DNA of 64,000 nt from Candidatus Nanosyncoccus sp. (GCA_045530815.1 JAZSCU010000024.1:65-64064), one strand, 5' to 3'; counted from the first letter of the stretch, positions 55,663-64,000 are shown. The notes: generated from the sequence alone by a model not told the origin. Program-made: numbers and translations.

Positions 55663-56163
55663 TTAGTTATTAGCGCAGTAGTAAGATGCCCCTTCAAGCT
55701 TGATCACAAAAGCGAGTTTACCGTTGCCCTGTGAATATTTAGCATGGTCACCATCACAAGTAGCATTGGTATAAACAGTAATATCCCCCATTATCTCAGA
55801 CGGGTTTTGGGTACACTTATCTGAATCAGCAGCCTTAGCACATGTATAAACATTTTTAAACACATAGTCGCTGTTAGAAGAAGGATCTGAGAAAGAATCA
55901 CCGTTTGTCTTTAGATAATTAGTGTAGAAAGTACTGTCTGATTTATATTCAGCTGCAGTATTAGGCACCTTGTTCTTATTATTTGATTGATAATTCTGTA
56001 TGGCGGTAATTAAGCGCCCCATATCATTCCTTCTTTGCGTATCTCTTTGTGATCGCTGCAAAGCCGGCAAAGCTACGAACACCATGAGGAAGATTAAGCC
56101 TGCAATGGCAAGAACCAAGACTACCTCAATGATCGTAAACCCTTGTTTGTTTGTTCTCTTCAT
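55663..56163 (-). CDS. Type IV pilin (probable major pilin)
   Basis: KQG|FTIIEVVLVLAIAGLIF class III signal, LPALQRSQRD, Cys pairs; AAGGA SD. Confidence 0.92.
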   Translation of the reverse strand: MKRTNKQGFTIIEVVLVLAIAGLIFLMVFVALPALQRSQRDTQRRNDMGRLITAIQNYQSNNKNKVPNTAAEYKSDSTFYTNYLKTNGDSFSDPSSNSDYVFKNVYTCAKAADSDKCTQNPSEIMGDITVYTNATCDGDHAKYSQGNGKLAFVIKLEGASYYCANN

Positions 56164-56282
56164 AGATTTTATCCTTTCTTATAGATTCTTAATAAAATAA
56201 TAACAAATTTCCCAAAAAAAGCAATAACATTTTAGAGAAGACGCGCCAGGATAAATCGGGAACATAAAGAACGTAATATTTT

Positions 56283-56822
56283 CTACGTATTCCCGCAATA
56301 AACTCCAACTTCTAGATGGTACAGTACTGCAATTTTTCTTGGGTTGGATGTCTTTAGCGCCTTCTCACCATCGCAAGTTGCACTTAATACTATTGCAATT
56401 TGGTTATATACATCATCAAAACTTTTATCACTGTATTGCACTGAACACTCTTCTCCTGAGTCTAAATCTTTTCCGCAATCATACACATCTAGTACATACC
56501 CACTAACATCACTCGGATCAGCAAAATCACTTCCTAAATAGTTTTTATAAAAACCACTCCAAGATGTTTTATCGGCGGTGTCACTAATAGTTACATTCTC
56601 AGGTAAACCGGTCGGTAGAGCTCCCCGGTTATTCTGCTGATATCTTTTTATATTGCTAATTAGCTCCATCATATCATCTCGCCTTTCTGTATCGCGCTGT
56701 GACCTCTGTAGCGCCGGGAGTGCGAGAAAAATTACCATAAAAATCAACCCAGCCACTGCTAGCACTAGAGATACCTCTATGATTGTGAACCCATTTTTAT
56801 GTCTAATATCACCCTTTTTCAT
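56283..56822 (-). CDS. Type IV pilin paralog
   Basis: KNG|FTIIEVSLVLAVAGLIF, LPALQRSQRD; start placed at ATG 56822 after an AGGAG SD. Confidence 0.9.
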   Translation of the reverse strand: MKKGDIRHKNGFTIIEVSLVLAVAGLIFMVIFLALPALQRSQRDTERRDDMMELISNIKRYQQNNRGALPTGLPENVTISDTADKTSWSGFYKNYLGSDFADPSDVSGYVLDVYDCGKDLDSGEECSVQYSDKSFDDVYNQIAIVLSATCDGEKALKTSNPRKIAVLYHLEVGVYCGNT

Positions 56823-56889
56823 AATTCTCCTTACGTTTATTATAAGATTAATCTCACTAAAAAACAAGAGTGTATGCTAAAATAATTTT

Positions 56890-57729
56890 ATGCAGACGGC
56901 TTTATTCTTGATAACACTCTTTATTCTAGGTGCCTGCTTTGGCTCCTTTTTGTGCTGCCAAGCTCGTCGCCTTCATTACCGTCTAAAAAATACTTCTTCC
57001 ACCAAAAAATCTGCTAAAAAATCCAGAAGCACTACAAACCTTGGCTCTCGTTCAGTTTGTTTAAGTTGCCATCGCCAACTAAAATGGTATGAAAACATTC
57101 CAATTTTTTCCTGGCTTTTTCTAAAAGGGAAGTGTAGAAGTTGCGGCAAAAAAATCGGTATTGCCGAACTACTATCCGAGGTAGGTGTTGCTACCGCTTT
57201 TGCACTTATAGGCACTACCATTAATCTAGAATTTACCACTCCTCTTGATTGGTTAATTTTTGGCTTTGCACTTCTGCTTATTCTTGTCTTAAGCTTTTTG
57301 GCAATCTATGACGGCATTTATGGTGAACTTCCCGTTTTTGCTTTAATCCTCACTATTATTTTTGCAACATTCCTGCTTCTATTAAAAATCACTTCCACAC
57401 TTATCATTACACAGTTTACACCCGAACTGATTTATAAACCTCTAGTTTCGGTACTTATTCTTGGCGGACTTTACCTTGCCCTCTACTGCATCTCCAAAGG
57501 CAAATGGGTCGGCGATGGCGATTGGCTGCTTGGCCTGGCACTTGGTCTAGCACTTGGAGAGCCGTGGCTTGCTCTTCTTGTCCTTTTCCTTTCTAATACC
57601 ATCGCCTGCTTAGTTATGTTCCCGGTTGCAAAAAAGCAAAAACAGCACCAAATTCACTTTGGCCCATTTTTGGTTATTGCTTTTGTGATAGTCTACACTC
57701 TCTCCACCCCTCTTATATCTTTGATTTAG
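56890..57729 (+). CDS. pilD: Prepilin peptidase
   Basis: LGACFGSFL, RSVCLSC..L.WYENIPIFSWLFLKGKCRSC, AIYD, GDGD, FGPFL. Confidence 0.93.
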   Translation: MQTALFLITLFILGACFGSFLCCQARRLHYRLKNTSSTKKSAKKSRSTTNLGSRSVCLSCHRQLKWYENIPIFSWLFLKGKCRSCGKKIGIAELLSEVGVATAFALIGTTINLEFTTPLDWLIFGFALLLILVLSFLAIYDGIYGELPVFALILTIIFATFLLLLKITSTLIITQFTPELIYKPLVSVLILGGLYLALYCISKGKWVGDGDWLLGLALGLALGEPWLALLVLFLSNTIACLVMFPVAKKQKQHQIHFGPFLVIAFVIVYTLSTPLISLI

Positions 57730-57767
57730 CCATTTTAAATAAGAAATGCTTATGATATAATAAATTT

Positions 57768-58526
57768 ATGGTGAGAAAAGGCGATACTTTGATCGAAGTT
57801 ACCTTAGCCGTAGGCATTTTTTCTATGGTTGCCGTTTCTGTTGTTACAGTCCTTGGCAATGACACTTCAGATGCCCAAACCGCACTCGAAACCACTCTTG
57901 CTCGTGAAGAAATCAACACTCAAGCTGAAGCGCTTCGTTTTATTCAATCTTCCTATATCTCCGGTAAGGATAATGTCGATGAAATTTCCCAAAATTACAG
58001 CGATTTATGGAAGGAAATTACCGGAAAAGCTGTCAATGCTGAAGATGATCTTGATGACAAGGCTATTGCAAGGTATGTTAATTTCTCTCCTTCAAGCTGC
58101 GCAGAATTATACAGTGGAGATAACGAACAAATTTCCAAAGGTTTCGTGATAAATCCTCGCGCTTTATCAAATGGTATCGAAACTTACGAAAACATCAAAG
58201 AATCCGTAGTGTCTAATAGTGAAGCAAGCAAACCACTTTCTCAAACTATTACATACCCTAGGTTACTATTTAATAGTGACACTTCGAGCACTCTTATTAA
58301 TAGTGACATTGGTAGGCAAGTACAAAAGGCTGAGGGCATTTATGTTATTGCTGTCAAAGACGCAAACACTACCACTATCAATGGTGAAGACAAATCCGCC
58401 TTCTACGATTTTTATATTCGCACCTGCTGGTATGCCACAAACGGCGACCAACCTCTTACTGTTTCCACCGTTGTGCGCCTCTACGACCCAGAAGCTCTCC
58501 CGACTATAATAAAGCCTAAGATATAA
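57768..58526 (+). CDS. Minor pilin / pseudopilin
   Basis: RKG|DTLIEVTLAVGIF class III-like signal. Confidence 0.8.
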   Translation: MVRKGDTLIEVTLAVGIFSMVAVSVVTVLGNDTSDAQTALETTLAREEINTQAEALRFIQSSYISGKDNVDEISQNYSDLWKEITGKAVNAEDDLDDKAIARYVNFSPSSCAELYSGDNEQISKGFVINPRALSNGIETYENIKESVVSNSEASKPLSQTITYPRLLFNSDTSSTLINSDIGRQVQKAEGIYVIAVKDANTTTINGEDKSAFYDFYIRTCWYATNGDQPLTVSTVVRLYDPEALPTIIKPKI

Positions 58527-58628
58527 TTGTGAATACACCTATCGAAAATCAAAATTATTACTATCACGACTTACACAAGAATTACGGTCATTCCATCCGT
58601 TACGTAAAGATCGAGGAATAACTAAATA

Positions 58629-59567
58629 TTATTTTGTCTCTGAATGAAATTTATCATGTATCTCTTTGAGGTGCGCATCCGTCACGTGGGTATATATTTG
58701 TGTTGTAGAAATATCTGCGTGTCCAAGCATCGATTGCACCGACCTAAGATCCGCGCCGTTCATCAAAAGATCTGTCGCAAATGAGTGTCTTAAGGTATGT
58801 GGCGATACGTGCTTGGTAATTCCAGCCAGCCTGGCATACTTTTCTACAATTCTTTCCACACTTCTTGCTGTAATTCGGCGGTAATTTCCCGAAGTGTCCA
58901 CTGTTTGTGTATGCCTTGAATTATTTAAAAATAGCGCTGGCAGGGAATCAGTCCTTGCGTCCAAATAATCAGCTACCCTGTCTGCACAAGTTTCCGAAAT
59001 AAAAATCGGCCGGTCTTTGGATCCTTTTCCTCTCACCATAAATTCTCGTCGCTCTAGGTTGATCGAGTCTCTGTTAAGTCCCACCAATTCAGACACCCGT
59101 AGTCCACCGGAGTACAACAGTTCAATAATCGCCCGATCGCGCAGTCCAGATTCATTTGAAGTATCTATCTGGTCAAGCATATCCTCTACTTCGTCAAAAT
59201 GAAGGAATGTTACCTGTTTTCGTACTACTCTAGGTAATTCCACTAGCGACGGGTCCAAAGATTTAATATCCCGCTTCGCTAAGTATTTCAAAAACCCCCT
59301 TAGTGCAATTAAATGATAAGCTTGTGTAATCACCTTTAAATCGTCTTCGCCATTTTCCGAACCGTATCGATTTAGTTTTAATCTATATTTTCTTAACAAC
59401 TCTTTTGTGATTTCGTTAGCATTCAAAGATTCCTTTTTCATGATATCAAGAGCGATTTCATAAAATCTTTCAAGGTATAGCCGATAATTATCTATTGTCT
59501 TTTTGCTTCTGCCACTTTCCACCTCTAAGTGTTCTAGAAAATCATTGATCAAATCATTTATTTCCAT
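58629..59567 (-). CDS. XerC/XerD-type tyrosine recombinase
   Basis: TIDNYR, LRDRAIIELLYSGGLRVSEL, GKGSKDR, SPHTLRHSFATDLL.NGADLR.VQ.MLGH, TTQIYTHV. Confidence 0.93.
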   Translation of the reverse strand: MEINDLINDFLEHLEVESGRSKKTIDNYRLYLERFYEIALDIMKKESLNANEITKELLRKYRLKLNRYGSENGEDDLKVITQAYHLIALRGFLKYLAKRDIKSLDPSLVELPRVVRKQVTFLHFDEVEDMLDQIDTSNESGLRDRAIIELLYSGGLRVSELVGLNRDSINLERREFMVRGKGSKDRPIFISETCADRVADYLDARTDSLPALFLNNSRHTQTVDTSGNYRRITARSVERIVEKYARLAGITKHVSPHTLRHSFATDLLMNGADLRSVQSMLGHADISTTQIYTHVTDAHLKEIHDKFHSETK

Positions 59568-59570
59568 AAA

Positions 59571-60299
59571 TTATAGTACTTTCTCCAAAAATTCTTTTAC
59601 CCGAGGAGTCTTTGGGTTCTCAAAAAATTCTTTTGGGGTTCCTTCTTCGATTATCTGCCCCTTGTCGATAAAGACAATTCTCGAAGCGATCTCTCGTGCA
59701 AAACCCATCTCATGAGTCACTATCATAATTGTCATTCCAGCATCGGCTACTTCACGAATTAAGGACAAAACATCTCCGATAGACTCTGGGTCCAGGGCCG
59801 AGGTTGGTTCGTCAAACAATAATACTTTAGGATCCATCATCATCGCTCTAACTATCGCAATCCTTTGTTTCTGGCCACCAGAAAGACTCGCCGGATACGC
59901 CTCTGCCTTAGAGGCCAAATTAATATGTTCAAGCAATTTTTTGGCCTTTTTCTCGGCCTCACTTTCTGTCATTAATTTCAAAACAGTAGGCGCCAAAGTT
60001 AGATTTTTCATCACCGTTAAATTATTTATTAAGTTAAAGTGCTGAAACACCATACCAATTTCTTGGCGCATTTTTTGGATATTTTTATCCGTAATCAAAG
60101 TACCATTAAAATATATTTCGCCACATGTCGGCTCTTCCATCTTATTGATACACCTTAAAAACGTAGATTTACCAGACCCACTAGGCCCCAGCACCACCAC
60201 TTTTTCTCCTGCCGTAAGTTCAAAATTAATACCTTTTAATACTTTATTTTTTCCATATTCCTTTTTTAAGTCATGAATCTTCAATATTTTTTGTTCCAT
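59571..60299 (-). CDS. Polar amino-acid ABC transporter ATPase (GlnQ-like)
   Basis: GPSGSGKST, MVFQHFNL, LSGGQKQRIAI, FDEPTSALDPE, VTHEMGFA. Confidence 0.93.
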   Translation of the reverse strand: MEQKILKIHDLKKEYGKNKVLKGINFELTAGEKVVVLGPSGSGKSTFLRCINKMEEPTCGEIYFNGTLITDKNIQKMRQEIGMVFQHFNLINNLTVMKNLTLAPTVLKLMTESEAEKKAKKLLEHINLASKAEAYPASLSGGQKQRIAIVRAMMMDPKVLLFDEPTSALDPESIGDVLSLIREVADAGMTIMIVTHEMGFAREIASRIVFIDKGQIIEEGTPKEFFENPKTPRVKEFLEKVL

Positions 60300-60306
60300 C
60301 TTCCTC

Positions 60307-61005
60307 CTATGCCCTTAACTCGCTTCTGCGCAGTCGTTTTTCAATTCGCTTAATAATAAATGTGATCAAATATACTACGGCTAGGTAGAACAATGCCGCC
60401 ACAAACATTGGCACAATATAGCTCGCCATATTTTGCCCAGAGCCGATATCTTTAGCCGCCATGTTAAGATCATATAAACCTACCATGCTGACGATTGCTG
60501 TCTCTTTAATTACAGTGATAATCTCATTCCCAAGCGCCGGAATAATATTTTTTATAGCTTGGGGTGCAATTATTTTTCTAAAAATCGTGAATTGCGACAA
60601 TCCTAATGCCATCCCAGCCTCTTTTTGCCCAGGATCCACCGACTGTATCCCGCTCCTAATTACTTCTGCCGTGTAAGCTGCTGAATTAAAACCGAAAGCC
60701 AAAATTGCGATAATTATTTGCGGGAATCCCCTGATTGCAAAAATCACAAAGAACATAATAAAAAGTTGTAATGCCATCGGTGTCCCACGGATGATCGTCG
60801 TATAAACTCTAGTTATCGCTTTTGGGATGATTGTCCATTTTGTTCTTTTTGCGGTATCGATTAACGCAATTATCGTCCCTAGTATTAGCCCAATAATAAT
60901 TGCAAAAAACGATATTTGCATTGTTAATAAAAATCCGTGCAACAGTGACTCTATATATTGTGGTGTTGTAAATAGCTCAACTGTTTTATCGAAAAAATTA
61001 TTCAT
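60307..61005 (-). CDS. Polar amino-acid ABC transporter permease
   Basis: IRGTPMALQ, AYTAEVIRSGI.SVDPGQ.EA..ALGL, KETAIV. Confidence 0.92.
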   Translation of the reverse strand: MNNFFDKTVELFTTPQYIESLLHGFLLTMQISFFAIIIGLILGTIIALIDTAKRTKWTIIPKAITRVYTTIIRGTPMALQLFIMFFVIFAIRGFPQIIIAILAFGFNSAAYTAEVIRSGIQSVDPGQKEAGMALGLSQFTIFRKIIAPQAIKNIIPALGNEIITVIKETAIVSMVGLYDLNMAAKDIGSGQNMASYIVPMFVAALFYLAVVYLITFIIKRIEKRLRRSELRA

Positions 61006-61870
61006 TTGTTAGTCCCATATATTTTAATATTAACTTATTCATTTCAGTTTCGCCAGCCTCATTTGGTTTTAACATCTCTTCTAACACTTCATTAAATGCA
61101 TTTAAAAGTTCCGTACGCTCTTTATTTACCGCTATAGCATATGACTCCTCTACTGGATAATCCTCGTTTGCCTCGTCCCCCTGGTAGTATAACGGCAAAG
61201 CCTTAAGTTCGGGATTTTTTTCTATAATAAATTTAGCTGCCAATTCATCTGCAATTGCATAGTCAATAATATGTGCACCAATCGCATCTGCTGCCAGCTG
61301 ATAAGAGTCTAGCCCTTTTATACTTGTATTAGTATCTTTTAATACACCATCTTTTATTTCGTTTGAGGTGAAAATATACCCAGTACTACCCGTTTGCGTA
61401 CCTAAAATTTTTCCGTTTAGCGCTTCCCACACTATGTGACCGTCGCGTTCCTCCGGCGCATTGTCATCCTTAAAAATTACATACTGCACGGACGTATAAT
61501 AGGGAATACTAAAATCAACTTTCTCCGCCCTTGCCGGTGTAATGGTTAAACCCGCTGCCCCCGCATCCGCAATTACTCCATTAGCGACATTGTCGATGAT
61601 CATATCAAATTCTACATTTTTTATATCAATTTTTGCATTTAATTTTTCTGCTACCTTATTAATAATCTCTACGTCTACCCCCACAATTTTCCGGTTATCA
61701 TAGTATTCAAATGGTGCGAAAAAAGCATTTGTCTCCACTATATAGTCATAAGTTTCAATACTTCTCGCAAAGAAAAAAGTGCTCACCGCCACAACTAGAA
61801 TCATCAGCCCCACTATCACTCTCTCGGCTGTAAACAGTCTCGCCAGCTTGTTCTGTGACCTTTTAACCAT
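60998..61870 (-). CDS. Polar amino-acid ABC substrate-binding protein
   Basis: FFAPFEY, GVDVEI, AGLTITPARAEKVDFSIPYY, GTQTGSTG. Confidence 0.92.
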   Translation of the reverse strand: MVKRSQNKLARLFTAERVIVGLMILVVAVSTFFFARSIETYDYIVETNAFFAPFEYYDNRKIVGVDVEIINKVAEKLNAKIDIKNVEFDMIIDNVANGVIADAGAAGLTITPARAEKVDFSIPYYTSVQYVIFKDDNAPEERDGHIVWEALNGKILGTQTGSTGYIFTSNEIKDGVLKDTNTSIKGLDSYQLAADAIGAHIIDYAIADELAAKFIIEKNPELKALPLYYQGDEANEDYPVEESYAIAVNKERTELLNAFNEVLEEMLKPNEAGETEMNKLILKYMGLTNE

Positions 61871-61919
61871 AAGTTAATTATAGCACAAATAAGACCCTAA
61901 AGGGTCTTCTTCGTTTCAG

Positions 61920-61954
61920 TGGTGACCTTTGGTAGCGAGTCGCACCGAAGGTCC
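61920..61954 (-). repeat. Degenerate copy of the tRNA-Arg(CCT) 3' half forming a CCA-ended hairpin
   Basis: Minus strand GACCTTCGGTGCGACTCGCTACCAAAGGTC-ACCA versus tRNA GTGCGTTCGACTCGCACCGGGGTCACCA. Confidence 0.7.
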
Positions 61955-61996
61955 GACTCTGGGCTAAAAAAAGCCTACTGGAGGCATTGAATAGTA

Positions 61997-62072
61997 TGGT
62001 GACCCCGGTGCGAGTCGAACGCACAACCTTCTCCTTAGGACGGAGCCGCTCTATCCATTGAGCTACGGAGCC
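61997..62072 (-). tRNA. tRNA-Arg(CCT)
   Basis: GGCTCCG/CGGGGTC acceptor, GCTCC-GTCCTAA-GGAGA, GTGCG-TTCGACT-CGCAC, ACCA. Confidence 0.9.
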
Positions 62073-62096
62073 AAAATATGTTATAATTATTATATC

Positions 62097-63122
62097 ATGA
62101 GTCTGCTAAAGAAGAAAGACACCAAAAAAACCGAACAAGAAAAGGTTGAAGAGCGTCGCGAAGAGGTTCTAAGCCAAGGTAGAAAATTTAAATACCCCTT
62201 ACAGTGGACTCGACATCGCATTGTTATTAACACTGTCCTTATTACAATCATTGTTTTTGCGATGATTATCGTTGGTGGTTGGCTTGCACTCTATCGTCTA
62301 GGTAGAACTGATGACCTTTTATTTAAAATCACCGAAATTTTCCCGATTTCAGTCGCCAGTGTAGACGATGAAAACGTTCGTTTTTCCGATTATTTAATGT
62401 TTTATCGTAGCAGTATTACTTCTATTGAGCGACAATCTGGCAGCCAGTTTGAAGACGGCGCTATTGAGGGGCTCCGGGCTGACTATAAGCGTTCCGCTCT
62501 AAACGAGGCCGAAGATTACACCTATGCATTAAAGCTCGCCAAAGAGCAAAACATTGAAGTAAGCAGTGAAGAAGTTTCTAACGAGTTTAATCGTCACCTC
62601 AAAATAGGTGGTGTCGAACGCAGCGAGGAAGGTTTTATTAAAATAATTGGGGACAATTTTGGGCTTAACAAAAGTGAATATGAAAGAATGCTTTATCTTA
62701 CTCTAATGAAAGCCAAGGTTGAAACAGCTATCGACAAAACAGCTAGTAAAATCGCAAACGAGGTGGAGTCTCTTCTAAAAGATAACGACAATGATTATCA
62801 GGATGTTGCCGAGAAATTAGGTGACAAAATCATCTATCAAGAAACCGACGGGCTCGTTAATAACCAAAACATCGATGGTGGTCGTGCCACCGAGGCCATG
62901 AAATTAGAGCCAGGCCAAAGCAGTGGCAAGTTTATTTCTATGAACGGTGACGGTTATTACTTTGTAAAGCTTATTAGCAAAACCGAAACTGGAGTTAATT
63001 TCGTTTCGATCAGAGTACCGTTTACAGAATTCGACAAGCAAATGTCCGATCTAAGGGCCTCTGACAAAGTTAAAGAGTTTATCGAAATCAAAAACCCTAA
63101 CGACGAACCCGAAGGTATATAA
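62097..63122 (+). CDS. Membrane-anchored SurA/PrsA-like foldase
   Basis: TM helix, VASVDDENV, LKLAKEQNIEVS.EEV, degenerate parvulin-like C-terminus; start moved to ATG 62097 because the track start lies inside the tRNA. Confidence 0.7.
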   Translation: MSLLKKKDTKKTEQEKVEERREEVLSQGRKFKYPLQWTRHRIVINTVLITIIVFAMIIVGGWLALYRLGRTDDLLFKITEIFPISVASVDDENVRFSDYLMFYRSSITSIERQSGSQFEDGAIEGLRADYKRSALNEAEDYTYALKLAKEQNIEVSSEEVSNEFNRHLKIGGVERSEEGFIKIIGDNFGLNKSEYERMLYLTLMKAKVETAIDKTASKIANEVESLLKDNDNDYQDVAEKLGDKIIYQETDGLVNNQNIDGGRATEAMKLEPGQSSGKFISMNGDGYYFVKLISKTETGVNFVSIRVPFTEFDKQMSDLRASDKVKEFIEIKNPNDEPEGI

Positions 63123-63176
63123 TACTATTTATGGATATAAAAAAAGACGCTCTATTAAGAGCATCTTTTTTGTAAC

Positions 63177-63515
63177 TTATATTAACTTTAGTCTGATACC
63201 AAGCACTCCAAATTCTGCTTGTTTTTCTGGAGTATAAAACTCAGACAACGCGTCAAGCAATTCTTGTCTTGTCATAGATTTATCAGCTAGGACAGAAATA
63301 TCAAAATCTTCAAATAAATCATTGAACGAATTATATCTGAGAAGTCCGATAACCTCTGCTTTAAATTTTTCGTTTTCTGATTTAGCGAATTCGATGATGT
63401 CGCCAAGTTCTATCTGTTGGCGCTTTTCGTCAAATAGGCGGAGCTCAATTCGTTTCGTGCCATCCTTAATGAAATTAAAATACTTTGGCTGCAAATTCAT
63501 TTTATGCGTTTTCAT
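63177..63515 (-). CDS. ASCH domain protein
   Basis: HKMNL..YF..I..GTKRIELRL.DEKR..I..GD.I.F; ATG 63515 is 6 nt after TGCTATAAT. Confidence 0.88.
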   Translation of the reverse strand: MKTHKMNLQPKYFNFIKDGTKRIELRLFDEKRQQIELGDIIEFAKSENEKFKAEVIGLLRYNSFNDLFEDFDISVLADKSMTRQELLDALSEFYTPEKQAEFGVLGIRLKLI

Positions 63516-63629
63516 ACCAACATTATAGCATAGAGATAGTAGAAACGACTCCCGCTTAGCTAACACCAGCAAGTTCGGACCAACAAAAACAGATGAAAAA
63601 CGCCTCTAAAAGAGGCTATTTATCAACAC

Positions 63630-63704
63630 TGGTGCGGGTACGGCGAGTCGGACGCCGATCTCATCCTTGGGAAGGATACATAATAGCCGTTATACGATAC
63701 CCGC
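63630..63704 (-). tRNA. tRNA-Gly(CCC)
   Basis: GCGGGTA/TACCCGC acceptor, TATCC-TTCCCAA-GGATG, CGGCG-TCCGACT-CGCCG, ACCA. Confidence 0.92.
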
Positions 63705-63755
63705 TAAGACCCTCTCATTATATCATATCTCTGTAAAATATGCTATAATTATTTT

Positions 63756-64000
63756 ATGCAAGATTTGCGGGATCAACTTAAAAAAGTTATTCAAGACCTT
63801 TACGGTCTAAATTTTGACCCCGACATTACTCCTTCTCCAGATAATATCGATGCTGATTATTCTTCAAATGCTCCGTTAAAATTAGCTAGAGATCTTCATA
63901 AGCCCCCAATGGAAATCGCAAACGAACTATTAAAAGAGCTAAAAAAGAGTACATTTAACGGGGAATATCAAGAAAATATTTTTTTAAGCCCCCCGGGTTT
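63756..64000 (+). CDS. argS: Arginine--tRNA ligase N-terminal domain (runs off the window edge; not in the ORF track)
   Basis: Hand translation MQDLRDQLKKVIQDLYG..ADYSSNAPLKLARDLHKPPMEIANEL..SPPG. Confidence 0.8.
   Translation, partial: MQDLRDQLKKVIQDLYGLNFDPDITPSPDNIDADYSSNAPLKLARDLHKPPMEIANELLKELKKSTFNGEYQENIFLSPPG

Noticed and set aside
55663-56822. Pilin cassette shuffling (shufflon or antigenic variation) by the nearby Xer recombinase
   Set aside because: The two pilins share protein motifs but I see no exact DNA repeats or inverted recombination sites, and both have their own start signals.
58629-59567. Prophage or island integrase
   Set aside because: Xer-type motifs, operonic with a housekeeping ABC transporter, and no phage genes or att duplication nearby.
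8839-62096. Track start codons at 8839, 9752, 45141, 45348, 56867, 62058 and 63572
   Set aside because: They overlap tRNAs, promoters or upstream genes; downstream ATGs with an SD or a -10 at the typical spacing fit better.
1111-63528. The many short antisense or alternate-frame ORFs in the track (e.g. 2242-2532, 5443-5967, 16133-16597, 33505-33999, 42958-43530, 49944-50252)
   Set aside because: They shadow well-supported genes, tRNAs or repeats and have no motifs or initiation signals.

Overview
An AT-rich bacterial chromosome segment around dnaA. It is most likely from a Saccharibacteria (TM7, CPR/Patescibacteria) genome. That is an inference from the shortened HolB, TlyA and RpsR, the pilM-N-O-B-T-C locus with LPALQRSQRD-type pilins, and gene order. 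Standard code 11 is used (TGA ends genes). Core content: jag-yidC-rnpA-rpmH divergent from dnaA-dnaN-recF with DnaA-box clusters, RNA modification genes, murE, valS, a FemAB-type transferase, a P-type ATPase, ndk, tsaD, rlmH, ftsK, rpsF-ssb-rpsR-efp, a type IV pilus locus, a Xer recombinase, an amino-acid ABC transporter, the 5' end of argS and 8 tRNA genes. An accessory stretch (about 23.1-31.3 kb) holds orphan ORFs, a stand-alone IS1634-like N-terminal ORF and two promoter-bearing non-coding regions. The most notable signal is a set of GC-rich, rod-shaped palindromic elements of about 90-175 bp. Two sit in frame inside valS and tsaD, like Rickettsia palindromic elements. Two intergenic copies keep their pairing despite different stem sequences. 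Others are built onto duplicated tRNA 3' ends; one 93-nt module is 82/93 identical behind tRNA-Tyr and tRNA-Gln. Other points: widespread leaderless-type promoters, an ATA-initiated GNAT, tRNA-Arg(GCG), and no visible GC-skew switch at dnaA in hand-sampled lines. All alignments and counts were done by eye; no database searches were run.
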